From contig NC_086097.1 of the NCBI RefSeq assembly GCF_963921235.1, positions 171,556,001 to 171,620,000 of the forward strand: a stretch of DNA of 64,000 nt. The letters run 5' to 3'. This DNA comes from Mobula hypostoma. Its lineage: Eukaryota. The translations under genes were made by a program, and so were the position numbers. This document shows positions 39,736 to 52,006 of the stretch, piece after piece (position 1 is the stretch's first letter; each line of letters opens with the position of its first letter). The notes beneath the pieces are model-generated. The model worked only from the letters and a program-made list of their open reading frames with translations, was not told the DNA's origin and ran no database searches.

Positions 39736-40399
39736 TAATAAATATCAAGAGCATGAGATGAAGAGAGCAGAATATCCTGTGTCTCGAGCCTGACTGCTTA
39801 ATATCTTCCTTTACCTCCCACCCAACACATTGGCCACCACTCCCCATTCTCCATCTCTGCCTTGTTCCCAGGAGTAGTGATGGAAGCCAATAGGATAGGG
39901 GTGCTTGAGTTTATTAGACCATGAATATGCAGGGAATCAAAGGATATGGTTCATGTCCATTCAGAAGAAATTTAGTTTAATTTGTCATCATGGTTAGCAT
40001 AAACATCATGGGCTGAAGGGCCTGTTGCTGTGCTGTACTGTTCTATGTTTTATGTTTAACTCCCTTCCCTGTTCACTGGAAGCATCAATGAATTCTCTTA
40101 CTTCAATGTTACTGCCACACAACAATGCCGACCTTCTAAACTCCCTTTGCACCACTATCCAATCACCTTGTCTCCCCGACCAGCTTTCCACCAAAATCCA
40201 AGCATTATAAGTCTCACAATCCCCTGCCACAAGGATCCAGTATGAATTATCATGTTCCACCCCATCCCAAAGCAAGAATCACTACTCCACGCATATACAC
40301 ATCTTGTACTTGAAGTGAGGTGCAGAAAGATTTTGAGACAAGTACTTTTTATATTTTTGGATGTTTACTTTTGAAGCACAACTTAATGTTTAGCTTTCA

Positions 40400-40860
40400 C
40401 AGTGCAACAGGAAAACTGCTGTGCCCAAGGATGCAAAGAATTGCAGCGAATTGTGAATGATGACCTGTGCATCACACAAACCAGCCCCCTTTACACTGAC
40501 CTCCACCACCTCAGAAAAGCAGCCAATGTAATCAAGGACCTCCTCCCCCCTCACATTAGGAAGCTGATGCAAAAGCTTGAGAACACATGCCCCCAAGCTC
40601 AATAAAAGCTGTAGTAAGACTCTTGAACGGACCTCTTGTATAATATAGGTGAACTCTTCATCTCATAATCTACCTCGTCTGGGCCTTTGCACATATTCTA
40701 TCCACCTGCACTGTATTTCCTTTGTAGCTGTAACACTATATTATACATTATCTGTTTTACCTTGATGTTCTTATGCATGGAATGATCAGTATGGATGGCC
40801 AGCAAACATAAGCTTTTCACTATGTCTCAGTACATGTGATCATAATAAACCCATTACCAC
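40400..40860 (+). mobile_element. Rex1-like 3' fragment
   Basis: 'CAQGCKELQRIVN..ITQTSP..LRKAANVIKD'; tail gtacatgtgatcataataaac. Confidence 0.7.
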
Positions 40861-41202
40861 AACCTCAATAAAGCAGAATCATTATTGGATGTGTAGAATA
40901 GGTTGCCTGGAATGGAGAGGCTCAAAGATGAGGGAAGACTGGTCTGTCTGGATTAGTTTGCCTTGGAATGGCTAAGGAGTTGATTGAAGTGCATGAAATT
41001 GTGCAAGGTCTAGATAGAGTAGACAGCATTAAACTTTTTACCACATCAGAGATATCTAAAATCAGAGATCATAGTTATAAGTCAAGGAGTAAAGGGACAT
41101 ATTTGGCATAATTTTGTGGGCCAAAGGGCCTGTATTGTGCTGTAGGTTTTCTATGTTTCTATGTTTCTATGTTTATGGAGAATGAAAGAAGAAAGTTTTC
41201 CC

Positions 41203-41316
41203 AAATACAAGAAAATCTGCTAATGCTGCAAATCCAAAGCAACACACACAAAATGCTGGAGGAACTCAGCAGTGTAGGCAGTGTCTATGGAAAAGAATAA
41301 ACAGTCAACATTTCAA
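41203..41316 (-). mobile_element. Penelope-like terminal fragment inside an old CR1 (about 40900-41535)
   Basis: aaagcaacacacacaaaatgctggaggaactcagcag..cagtcaacatttc, homologous to 9637-9765. Confidence 0.7.
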
Positions 41317-42825
41317 GATTTTTGCCTGGATGGTGGGGAGAGTCTGGTATGCAATGAATGAGTGGGTGGTGGAGGCAGAGATTCTCACAACATTTAGGAT
41401 ATATCAGGGCATACACTGGAATTGCCAAGACATAGAAGGCTACAGACCAAGCACTGGTGAACAGGATTTATTTCAATAATCGCTGCTGGTGTGAACAGTG
41501 TGGACAAAAGGCCTGCTTCTGTTTTGTATGACTCACAACTATGATTGTTCCTTTAGCTGAAAATCTCCTGGGATAACATAAGGCAAAGCATTATAAAAAT
41601 GTCATTTTTATACAAGTTGTTGTTTTTCTTTTACTGTTTTGTTTTGTTCACACCCATTGTGGTGTTCCATCAATACTTTCAATTACCTCTGAGAGTGCCC
41701 CCTGAAAATAAACATGTAGAAAGCAGTGTAGGTAAAAGTTAAGAGCTGTAATCAGCCTTCAGGCAGGAGAACCACATTTAATTTTATGTTGTGTTCTCAA
41801 AGGAACGAGGCACCAAGGAAACCCTCTTCCAGCAGAAGAGAAACAATCACAGTACCCAATTCAAGGCTGAATTGGTGAGAACAATATAATGGGGCTTATT
41901 ATACGATGTGATTTCAGATTGAACCAGGCAATGGAGTGCTAATCACCTAGAAAGCAGTTGAGTCATTTCATATTTATTGGTGATGCTTGGGAGAATTCAG
42001 CGGGCCCAGCTTAGTCTTTGCCCATTTGCAGTGAAGAAACTGAAGATGATAAAGGAAATACAAGTGTTCCACTTCATTTTGTGACGACTTAATGGAAAGT
42101 GACTCGGGTGATAAGAAAAATGCTATCTTGAATGTAGGAGAATGCATTTGCTTATCTGTCATTGTTTAGCCCAGTAAGAAACAGAATATTTGTGACAGGC
42201 CAATAGAATTAGCTGGTACATTGAAGCACAATGTGCTTCATTTTTCTCCTAACGTATCCCCATAATTAAACCTTTGAAAAATGCGCATTTGTCATTTTAT
42301 CATACTGTCATTGGGTATCCCGAAAGGACAGAACTTTGTTTCAGTTAGCAAGATTTCACCCTAATAGAGTTGAACTGTATGATAAATATCTCCTGTAAAT
42401 AAATGTTGTCATTTTAAAGGGATCTGCTGAGCTTATGAGGCCTTAGTGACATTTATAGAGAAAAGATAAAATCCATGCTAACAACTTTCAAAAACCTGTG
42501 GCATTCTACTCAATGAGAGCTGTCAAGTCAGGAATATAAGTGACCTGTTTGTTTTCGATTATTATTTGAATATTATTGTTCCAGTGTTTCCAATCAGCGT
42601 AAGAGATACAGTTGTTCAAAGCAGTTTGTGTATCTCGGTCATGCTTGATCCAAACTTCCACCCATTCCTCTTTCCACCTTTACTGTTTTTGGAATATTAT
42701 GAGTAATTTTCAGCCCCCGGTGGTGGGCCTAGATCGACCAGATGAAGTTCACTAGAATGATCTCAGGAATAAAAGGTTTAATACATTAGATTAGTTTAGA
42801 TTATGAGGACACTCAGTCCTTGTTT

Positions 42826-45431
42826 AGACCATAAGACCATAAGACCATAAGACAAAGGAGCAGAAGTCGGCCATTTGGCCCATCGAGTCTGCTCCACCAT
42901 TTTATCATGAGCTGATCCATTCTCCCACTTAGTCCCACTCCCCCGTCTTTTCACCATAACCTTTGATCCCCTGGCTACTCAGATACCTATCAATCGCTGC
43001 CTTAAATACACCCAATGACTTGGCCTCCACTGCTGCCCGTGGCAACAAATTCCATAGATTCACCACCTTATTTCTGTTCTAAATGGGCACCCTTCAATCC
43101 TTAAGTCATGTCTTCTCGTACTAGACTCCTCCATCATGGGAAACAACTTTGCCACATCCACCCTGTCCATGCCTTTCAACATTCGAAATGTTTCTATAAG
43201 GTCTCCCCTCATTCTTCGAAACTCCAAGGAATACAGTCCAAGAGCGGACAAACATTCCTCATATGTTAACCCTCTCATTCCCGGAATTATTCTAGTGAAT
43301 CTTCTCTGTACCCTCTCCAACGTCAGCACATCCTTTCTTAAATAAGGAGAACAAAACTGCCCACAGTACTCCAAGTGAGGTCTCACCAGCGCCTTATAGA
43401 GCCTCAACATCACATCCCTCCTCCTATACTCTATTCCTCTAGAAATGAATGCCAACATTGCATTCGCCTTCTTCACTACTGACTCAACCTGGAGGTTAAC
43501 CTTAAGGGTATTCTGTACAAGGACTCCCAACTCCCGCTGCATCTCAGAACTTTGAATTCTTTCCCCATTTAAATAATAGTCTGTCTGTTTATTACTTCTG
43601 CCAAAGTGCATAACCATACACTTTCCAACATTGTACTTCATTTGACACTTCTCTGCCTATTCTTCCAATCTATCCAAGTCTCTCTGCAGACTTTCTGTTT
43701 CCTCAGCACTACCAGCCCCTCCACCTATTTTCGTATCATCAGCAAACTTAGCCACAAAGCCATCTATTCCATAATCCAAATCGTTGATGTACAATGTAAA
43801 AAGAAGCGGCCCCAACACGGACCCTTGTTGAACACCACCGGTAACCGGCAGCCAACCAGAATAGGATCCCTTTATTCCCACTCTCTGTTTCCTGCCAATC
43901 AGCCAACGCTCTATCCACGTATGTAACTCTCCCGTAATTCCATGCACTTTTATCTTGTTAAGTAGCCTCATGTGTGGCACCTTGTCAAAGGCCTTCTGAA
44001 AATCCAAATATACAACATCCACTGCATCTCCCTTGTCTAGCCTACTGGTAATTTCCTCAAAAAATTGTAATAGGTTTGTCAGGCAGGATTTTCCTTTAAG
44101 GAATCCATGCTGAGTTCTGCCTATCTTGTCATATGCCTCCAGGTACTCTGTAACCTCATCCTTGACAATCGACTCCAACAACTTCCCAACCACCAATGTC
44201 AAGCTAACAGGTCTATAATTTCTTTTTTGCTTCCTTGCTCCCTTCTTAAATAGCGGAGTGATATTTGCAATCTTCCAGTCCTCCGGAACCATGCCAGAAT
44301 CTATCGACTTTTGAAAGATCATTGCTAATGCCTCCGCAATCTCCACAGCTACTTCCTTCAGAACACGCGGGTGCATTCCATCTGGTCCGGGAGATTTATC
44401 TACCTTAGGACTATTCAGTTTCCTGAGTCCTTTCTCTGTTGTAATTGTGACTGTGCACACTTCTCTTCCCTGCCACCTTTGAGTGTCCGGTATACTGCTG
44501 ATGTCTTCCTCAGTGAAGACTGATGCAAAATACTCATTCAGTCCCTCTGCCATCTCCTTATCTCCCATTACAATTTCTCCAGCATCATTTTCTATCAGTC
44601 TTATATCTACTCTCACCTGTCTTTTACTCTGTATATACTTGAAAATGCTTTTAGTATCCTCTTTGATATTATTTGCTAGCTTCCTTTCATAGTTAATCTT
44701 TTCTCTCTTGATGACCTTCTTAGTTCCCTTTTGTAAGGTTTTAAAAACTTCCCAATCCTCTGTCTTCCCATTAATTTTCGCTTCCTTGTATGCCCTCTCC
44801 TTTGCTTTAACTTTGGCTTTGACTTCTCTTGTCAACCACGGTTGCATCTTTTTTCCATCGAAAATTTCTTCTTTTCTGGAATATACCTCTTTTGCACCTT
44901 CCTCACTTCTCGCATAAACTCCAGCCACTGCTGCTCTGCCGTCTTTCCTGCCAGTGTCCCTTTCCAGTCAACTTTGGCCAGTTCCTCTCTCATGCCACTG
45001 TAATTTCCTTTACTCCACTGAAATACCGACACATCAGATTTTGGCTTCTCTTTTTCAAATGTCACAGTGAACTCAATCATGTTATGATCACTGCCTCCTA
45101 AGGGTTCCTTCACCTCAATCTCTCCAATCACCTCCGGTTCATTACACAATACCCAATCCAGTACAGCCGATCCCTTTGTGGGCTCAACAACAAGCTGTTC
45201 TAAAAAACTATCTCGCAGACATTCTACAAATTCTCTCTCTTGAGATCCAGTGCCGACCTGATTTTCCCAATCCACTCGCATGTTAAAATCCCCCACAATT
45301 ATCATAATATTGCCCTTCTGACAAGCCTTTTCTATTTCCTGTTGTAATTTGTAGTCCACATCCCTGCAGCTGTTTGGAGGCCTATAAATAACTGCCATCA
45401 GGGTCCTTTTACCCTTGCAATTTCTTAGCTC
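42826..45431 (-). mobile_element. Young 5'-truncated CR1 (EN C-half + RT), pseudogenised
   Basis: ORFs 44832-45455 ('IYRPP', 'GDFN', 'SDH'), 43657-44928 ('KFADDTK') and 43060-43641; frameshift and stops; (tcttatgg)n tail. Confidence 0.95.
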
Positions 45432-45539
45432 ATTTTGACATTTTTGCTTTGACATAATTTATATGTGGTTTCCAGCTTAATTTATTATTTATTACCACTC
45501 CTAAAAATTTCACTATGAAGGAAACAGATCCACCCACAT

Positions 45540-46075
45540 GAAAGCAGTGTACCATGGAGGAGATGGTGGCAGTATTATGAATACCAACTTATTTGTGCCT
45601 TCTAACCAGTTCTGTTTCTTCTCTGAAACACACGGGGAAGACTGCATCAACACACTTACTGCATGGTGGATGAACTCAGCGGATTGGGCAACATCTATGG
45701 AGGAAGATGTACAATTGGCATATTGGGCAAAGACCATTCTCCCCTCTCCCCCCTCTCCCCCCTTTCCCCCACTCTCCCCCCTCTCCCCTCCCCCTTTCAT
45801 CTACCCAGCCCAACCTCAACTGTGCTATCCTGCTGTTTTCAGACACTTGAATGGACTCGCGCTCTAAGGATGAATTCTTGATCTCCCAATCTGCCTCATC
45901 ATGTCCCGTGCATTTATTTGTCTTGCTGTGGTGTTTTTTCTGTAACTACATCATTTTTTTCCAATCTGTTTTTGCTACCACAAGATACTTATTTACATAG
46001 TGATCTACCTGGATGACATGCAGACAAGATCTTTTCATTTATCTCAGTACACATGACAATAATAAACCAACACCA
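45540..46075 (+). mobile_element. Rex1-like 3' fragment with C-rich low-complexity tract (about 45738-45795)
   Basis: Tail gtacacatgacaataataaac; degenerate coding remnants. Confidence 0.5.
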
Positions 46076-46623
46076 ATATCCATTTCGACACACTTCAGTT
46101 TCATAGAACCAGACTCATAGTATTGAAATAGCACAGAAGGACTCTATTCAACCCCTATAAATATTTATTTTGCAGTCTCATTATCTTCCCAACTCTTATC
46201 TCTGAGCCCTGCAAATCCTTCACTTTCAAGCACCCTTTTGAAAGTCCTGATGAATTTCTGATCATTACTTCATTACTTCACTCTGCATAAAAAGTTCTTC
46301 CTCATGATACCTCAGTTGCACCCCTCCCGTATCCTCGCCCAAACTCATGCTCACTGATCTGTAAACTTACAAGTGCTCCTATCCATCAACCTCTCCTTAA
46401 TCTTCACGCCCCAAGGATAAGAACCCAAATGCACTCACCTAACCTTGTACATGAAATGCCCCATTTTTAGAACTATTCCAGTTAATCCCTTCCACACTTT
46501 CATTAGGAACTTGAAATCTTTTCTTACACTTGATGACCAGAACTGGATGTAATTTTTGACTCATATCCTAACCAGTGCAGGAATGAGAATCAGGATCAGA
46601 TTTGTCATCATTGTCTTAATTGC

Positions 46624-47228
46624 TATGGTTCCTTAAGGTTGTCATAGTTGGGGGGTGGAGGGGCCTTTGCATTAGTGGAGATGAACTTTCACTACCTATT
46701 TGATGCTCCCTATGGTGTGCATCTCAAATAGCCTCTGACAACCAAGTCCACCTCCTGGCTTAGCTACTTAGCCCGGTGGAACCATCTCTACTGACAGGAG
46801 AACAGGCGAAGGTTGGTTACAAATGCCTTAAAACCAGCCAATCCAGGCAGATGGAGCTTGCCAGCTGTGGTTGGTCGATCATCTTGGAGAAGGAAAGCTC
46901 TGATTTCAAATTTTCACTGCCTTGCGGCTACACCTACACATGGGGACGACTTCAGGAGTAAACCCTGAGGGAAAAATCCAGAGCTGGAGTCCCTAAGGCA
47001 GTCCTATGTTGAGTTCAATGCTGACTGGCAACTTCTTGACTGGTGCTAAAGTGTATTGGCCTCTGCCATTCGTTTGGAATCATTAGTTGTGTGGAGAGGG
47101 GGAGTCTGCTGCATGGGTCTTCATATTGTTCTTGCTCTTCATATTGGGCTACCCTGGCTTTTGTATCAACTACACAGATAGTTGGGGCGCAGTATCCATG
47201 GTCGACCCCAACCAGCGGAGGGTCTCTC
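46624..47228 (+). mobile_element. Non-autonomous retroposon, probably RTE-derived (5' UTR fused to 3' end)
   Basis: About 600-bp ORF-less insert splitting a Rex1-like tail; ggagaaggaaagctctgatttcaaa and terminal ggcgcagtatccatggtcgac..ggagg resemble RTE ends from memory only. Confidence 0.4.
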
Positions 47229-47827
47229 TATATGAAGTGAAATTCATTGTTCTGTGGCACCGGTATAGTGCAGAGATGAAATTACTATAAAGGTCAAAAT
47301 AAATAAATGAATTGTGCAAAATATGATTAATGAGCTTGTGTCTATGAGTTCATAGTATGTTCAGTTATCTGATGGCAGAGGGGAAGACGCTGTTCCTGAA
47401 TCACTGAGTGTGATTCTTCATGCTTCTCTACCTCCTCCCTACTGTAATTTTGAACAGCTTCAATACTGATTCATGGAGCAAAACAGCACAGATAAAAGAC
47501 GCATCTAGTCCATGCCAGCTCAATCTTCTGCTTAGTTCCATTTACCTGCACCTGGACATTATCCCTCCAAATTCTTCTATCTATCCAAACTTCTCTGAGA
47601 TGTTACAGTTGAACCTGCATCCTGATAGCGAAGGAATTTCAGAGGCTCTGATTATTAGTGCTACTGGAAATCTGAGGACTGCTGTCATTGTACTTATGTT
47701 TAGATAGGGAGTAAGAGGTCCACTAAATAATAACAGACCATTTTGTTTAATTTTGATGACTGAAATATGATTGGAATCCATCGTAAATGACAGTGTAAGA
47801 CTTCACTTAGAAAGGTGCTGATTAATT

Positions 47828-48105
47828 GGTAGTATAGTGGTTAGCACAAAGCTTTATTGTACAGGTGATGTGGGTTCAATTCCTGTCGCTGCCTGTAAGG
47901 AGTTTGTACGTTCTCCCCGTGACCACATGGGTCTCCTCCAGGTACCCTGGTTTCCTCCCACATTCCAAAGGTATACTGGTTGGTAGGTTAATTAGTCATT
48001 GTAAATTGTCCCATGATTAGGCTAGGTTTAGATTGGGAGATTGAAGGACCAGAAGGGCCTACTCCAAGCTGAATCTCAAATAAATAAATAAATAAATAAA
48101 TAAAT
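47828..48105 (+). mobile_element. Near-complete tRNA-derived SINE (HE1-like)
   Basis: A-box tagtatagtggt, B-box gggttcaattcc, CR1-like 3' segment gaagggcct.., (taaa)n tail. Confidence 0.8.
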
Positions 48106-49249
48106 GGTGATAGTCTGCATGGATTTCCAAAGGAAATGGCATATCTGACAAAAGAATAATTTCTTCGAGGAAGTGAAGTTGAGGATTGTTGATGGCAGTG
48201 TGTTTGGTAGAAACATAGGGCATGAGTTGGCCATTTTCTCCTCCCAGCCTTTTCCTCCACTTAATATGATCTTGAGTGATCATCAATCACAATCTATCCT
48301 CCTACTTTCTCCACATCTCCTCGGTGTGGCTTCAGCTGGAAATTTATCATTTCCTTTTCAAACAAAGCTTGATATGTTTTTCATAAATATGCTCCAGTCT
48401 ACATGGATTTCATTAAGATTTGCAACAAGGTCTCCCTCAACAGGCTGGTCAATGGAGTTCCCATAGGATTCATGGGAGGATAGCAAATTGGATTCAAGGG
48501 AGAGTGACAAATTGGATCCAGTGCAACTAGAATAGCTATGGAGGGAATTGAATAGATGAGACTTCAGGCTGAGGCCCTTCATCAGGATTTTGTTCCAGCA
48601 AGCAACAGGTAATGATTCACAGGTATCTCTATAACTCGAAGGGTGTAAGCCAGTTCCATTTAAACTCTCAAATCAGCCACAAATCTTTTCTGCACTAATT
48701 TCTTTCTGTGTAATTGACATAGCATCTTGTTGTAGGCTATGATTTGGGTCTGGGGTACTAACTGGTGTCACCTTGCTTTCTCAAGTTTCACCAGCATCTG
48801 GAGTACATCAGCAATAGTTGAATGGACCAGTGATAGACTGAACAAACACTAGCCTGCTTGTATCTGGCATGTCAGTAACGCGTTCTTAACTGAGTAGAAA
48901 GGGATTGATCTCTCCTGAAACCAATGCAGAAGTTCTTAGCAGATAGTGCAAGGTGACACTGAGGGATGGCTGCACTGTTCGATTAAACTGCAGTTCTCAT
49001 TCTCAGCTAGACACCGCAGATCCATGACATTATGAGCTCCAAAATCTAGCTCTGAATTAACATCATGAAACAAATTAACTGGTCATCATCATGTCACAGG
49101 TACTTGCCATGCACACCTTGACCATTGTGTTTCCTGCATTAACACAAATAAAATTTGAGAAATACTCAAATGACTGCAAATCATTTTGGGACAGGTCAAA
49201 TTGTGAGTGACATTATAAAAACCGAAGTCTTTCTTCTTGCTAATGTAAG

Positions 49250-49508
49250 TGACTGCAGATGCTGGATTCTGGAGTAACAAATATCTTGGTCGGAGTGTGG
49301 TTGAAGAGCCAAAGGATGGAAGAAAGACGGGGATCAGTGCAAGAACATTTCACAGAACTCTGTCAAACAGGAGGACAACTTCTTCAAAGATGGCAGACCT
49401 TGAAAAGACTTCTGATTCCGAGTTTCCATCCAAAATGTTCATAATTCTTTCACTCACACAGACACTGCTCTATCTGCTGAGTTCCTCCAGCAGACTGTTT
49501 GTTACTCT
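49250..49508. mobile_element. Old Penelope-derived palindromic element
   Basis: ctgcagatgctgga..gagtaacaaa / ctgctgagttcctccagcag..tttgttactc. Confidence 0.55.
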
Positions 49509-50569
49509 CTCTTGTTCTCAATTGGGGTAAACCCTGACCATATACATTTGTGTAAAGCAGGTTACAATAAATTGAGAGATTTGATCAGCTGGCTGACAAC
49601 CTATAGTGCAATCACATAAAGGTCTATACCTAACAACTTGAAGCAGGAATACATTTGCACATTTACCAGACAGCTATGTGGTCTCATAATCTTTAGTCAG
49701 TCAGGAATAAATATCAGTATATGACATATTTTCCAGCTGCATGTTCTTAGTCTAGTCTCCTCTCCTCATCTGAGACATTTCAAAAGGCAACAACAGCAAC
49801 TCATAAAAATTGTAAGTTCTGGTACCTGAAATGAACAATAAAGATTGCTTGGAATCTCCTCTATTGAATTTTATAATTGGAATGGTAACAATCCTTCCAT
49901 TAAAAATCACAAGTCTGGAAAAGTTACAATTACATAATAAAACAGCACCTTCAGAACAGAACCTCAACACAGTTTTGTATTTTAGATAGCACATTATTTC
50001 AACTCCGATGTGCTAGTATCTTTTGAAGAAGGTTACATGTGAGTCTCTGCAATACTAAAACTTTTCCTTTTTTTTTAAACTGGTATAAGGATTTATGAAA
50101 TTGAGTTGTACTATTTGAATGCAGGCTAAAAGCAGTATTATTACAGTCTAAAGATTAGTTTAATCAGCAATGCATTAAATAAAGCAGAAAACCTGCCACA
50201 TTTACCTTCCTGATTCCCATCTTCATTCACATCACATTAATTGCCAGAAGCGTCATTTACACCACAGGTAATCTAGGCACAAAACACTCTGATATGACAG
50301 ATCTTTTTTTATATATATATAGACACCTCATTTGTGCATTTCTAATTTAAAGCTATCAAGATATTTCTCAAGCATGCTTTAATATCCTGGAGGCATTAAA
50401 ATCTGCAGTGTAAAGGCTGGCATACATTAGAAATTGGATCAGGAGTTGGCCATTCACCCTCTCAAGTTCTGCTGTTCTATAATATCACAGCTGATCTGAT
50501 CTCAGCCTCTTTTCTTCCCGATACTCTGAAGTCTAAAAGTCTCAGCCTAATGATTCGTTCATCATAGTA

Positions 50570-51045
50570 TCCACAGGATTCTACATATTATCTACAGGAT
50601 ACTATGGAGTATCTACAGGAGGTGCTGCCTCAAGAAGGTGACATCGATCATCAAAGATCTCCACCAGTTGGGCCATGTCATCTGCTTGCAGCTACTAGTG
50701 GGCAGGAGAAGTCTGATGATTCACATCAGCAGGTTCAAGAACAGCTATTTCCCCTCAACTAATTGGTTCTTAAACAAACTAGCAAAAAAAAAGGTTCTTT
50801 GAACCTTTGAACCTTTGAACCTATCACCAGAACACAGTGACCACAATGAGTTCTATCACTTTGCACAAAAATGGACTTGGTTCTTTTTTTATTCTAATTT
50901 TGTTCTTTCTTATAAAAATCGTGTTTAATTTATGTCTTTCTTGTGAATGCTGCTGAAATAATGCTATGAGTCTGTGATGTTGCTGCAAATAATGTTTACA
51001 TTGCACATATATTTACACATATAATAATAAACTCAATTTTGACTT
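50570..51045 (+). mobile_element. Rex1-like 3' fragment
   Basis: 'YRRCCLKKVTSIIKDLH', 'SRFKNSYFP'; tail aataaactcaattttgacttt. Confidence 0.65.
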
Positions 51046-52006
51046 TTCATATCTTTTAGAGAAAGAAATTCTCCTCATTTCAGACTAAAGTGTCCCTGAC
51101 ATCATTATATTGGATTATTACTATCAAGTGTAATTGATAATTTTCTAATTGGTAACTTTTTTTGTCACACTTGCTGAAGTATAGTGCAAAACTTTGTCTT
51201 CCACGCTGTCCTGGCAGATCATTCCAAAACAGAAGTTCACAGGGAAAACCAATGACAGAATGCATATTATAGTGTTACAGTATAGTTGCCATTACAGGGA
51301 AGGTGCAGTGCAGATGCACTGATTTACAGTGAGGAACTTTTGCTTGCAGGTGATCCTGATGGATCATAACACATATAATTGCATCAAGGAAATAAAAGAA
51401 AGCAGAATGCAGAATTTTGTGTAGCAACTACAAAGAAAGTGCAATGCAGATAAACAAATAAAATGCAAGGGCCATGACAAGGTGGAATGGAAGATACAAA
51501 TTTATCTTTAGCGTATAAGCAGTACATTTGATCAGCAAGATAGTATCTGCCTTTGAGTCTGTGGTACTTTTTTCCCAAGCTTTTGCATCTTCTGCCTAAC
51601 AGGATAAGGGAGAAGAGAGAAGCACTGAGGTGTGATTGGTCCTTGATTATGTTGTACAATGAATCTAAGATTCCTAATTTTAGGTTCCCACCAGACGAAA
51701 CATCCTTGAGTCAGAAGAAACATCTACCTTCTCAAGACTCCTCATGTGGCAGGAAATGTAGATGAGGCTTGACCCGAAATCAATGCAGTGGTGAGCAATA
51801 ACTTTAATAATCAACTGCAAACTAACAAGCCACTAAGGGCCACAAAACAAGAGAGAACAGTTACTAAAAAACACAGACAACAAGGTAACTGGCTGGTTTG
51901 ATCAGGGAACAAGAACTGTAGCTATTGTTAGTTAGGTGGGAGGTGCCTGTCTGTACAGGCCTGACATTGTGATCAAATACTTCCAGGACGATTTGATAAT
52001 CTATAG

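Noticed and set aside
45513..45881. Proline- or glycine-rich ORFs
   Set aside because: They arise from a C-rich low-complexity tract in a Rex1-like remnant
47828..47890. tRNA gene
   Set aside because: A/B boxes are present but there is no cloverleaf; it continues into a SINE body and (taaa)n tail
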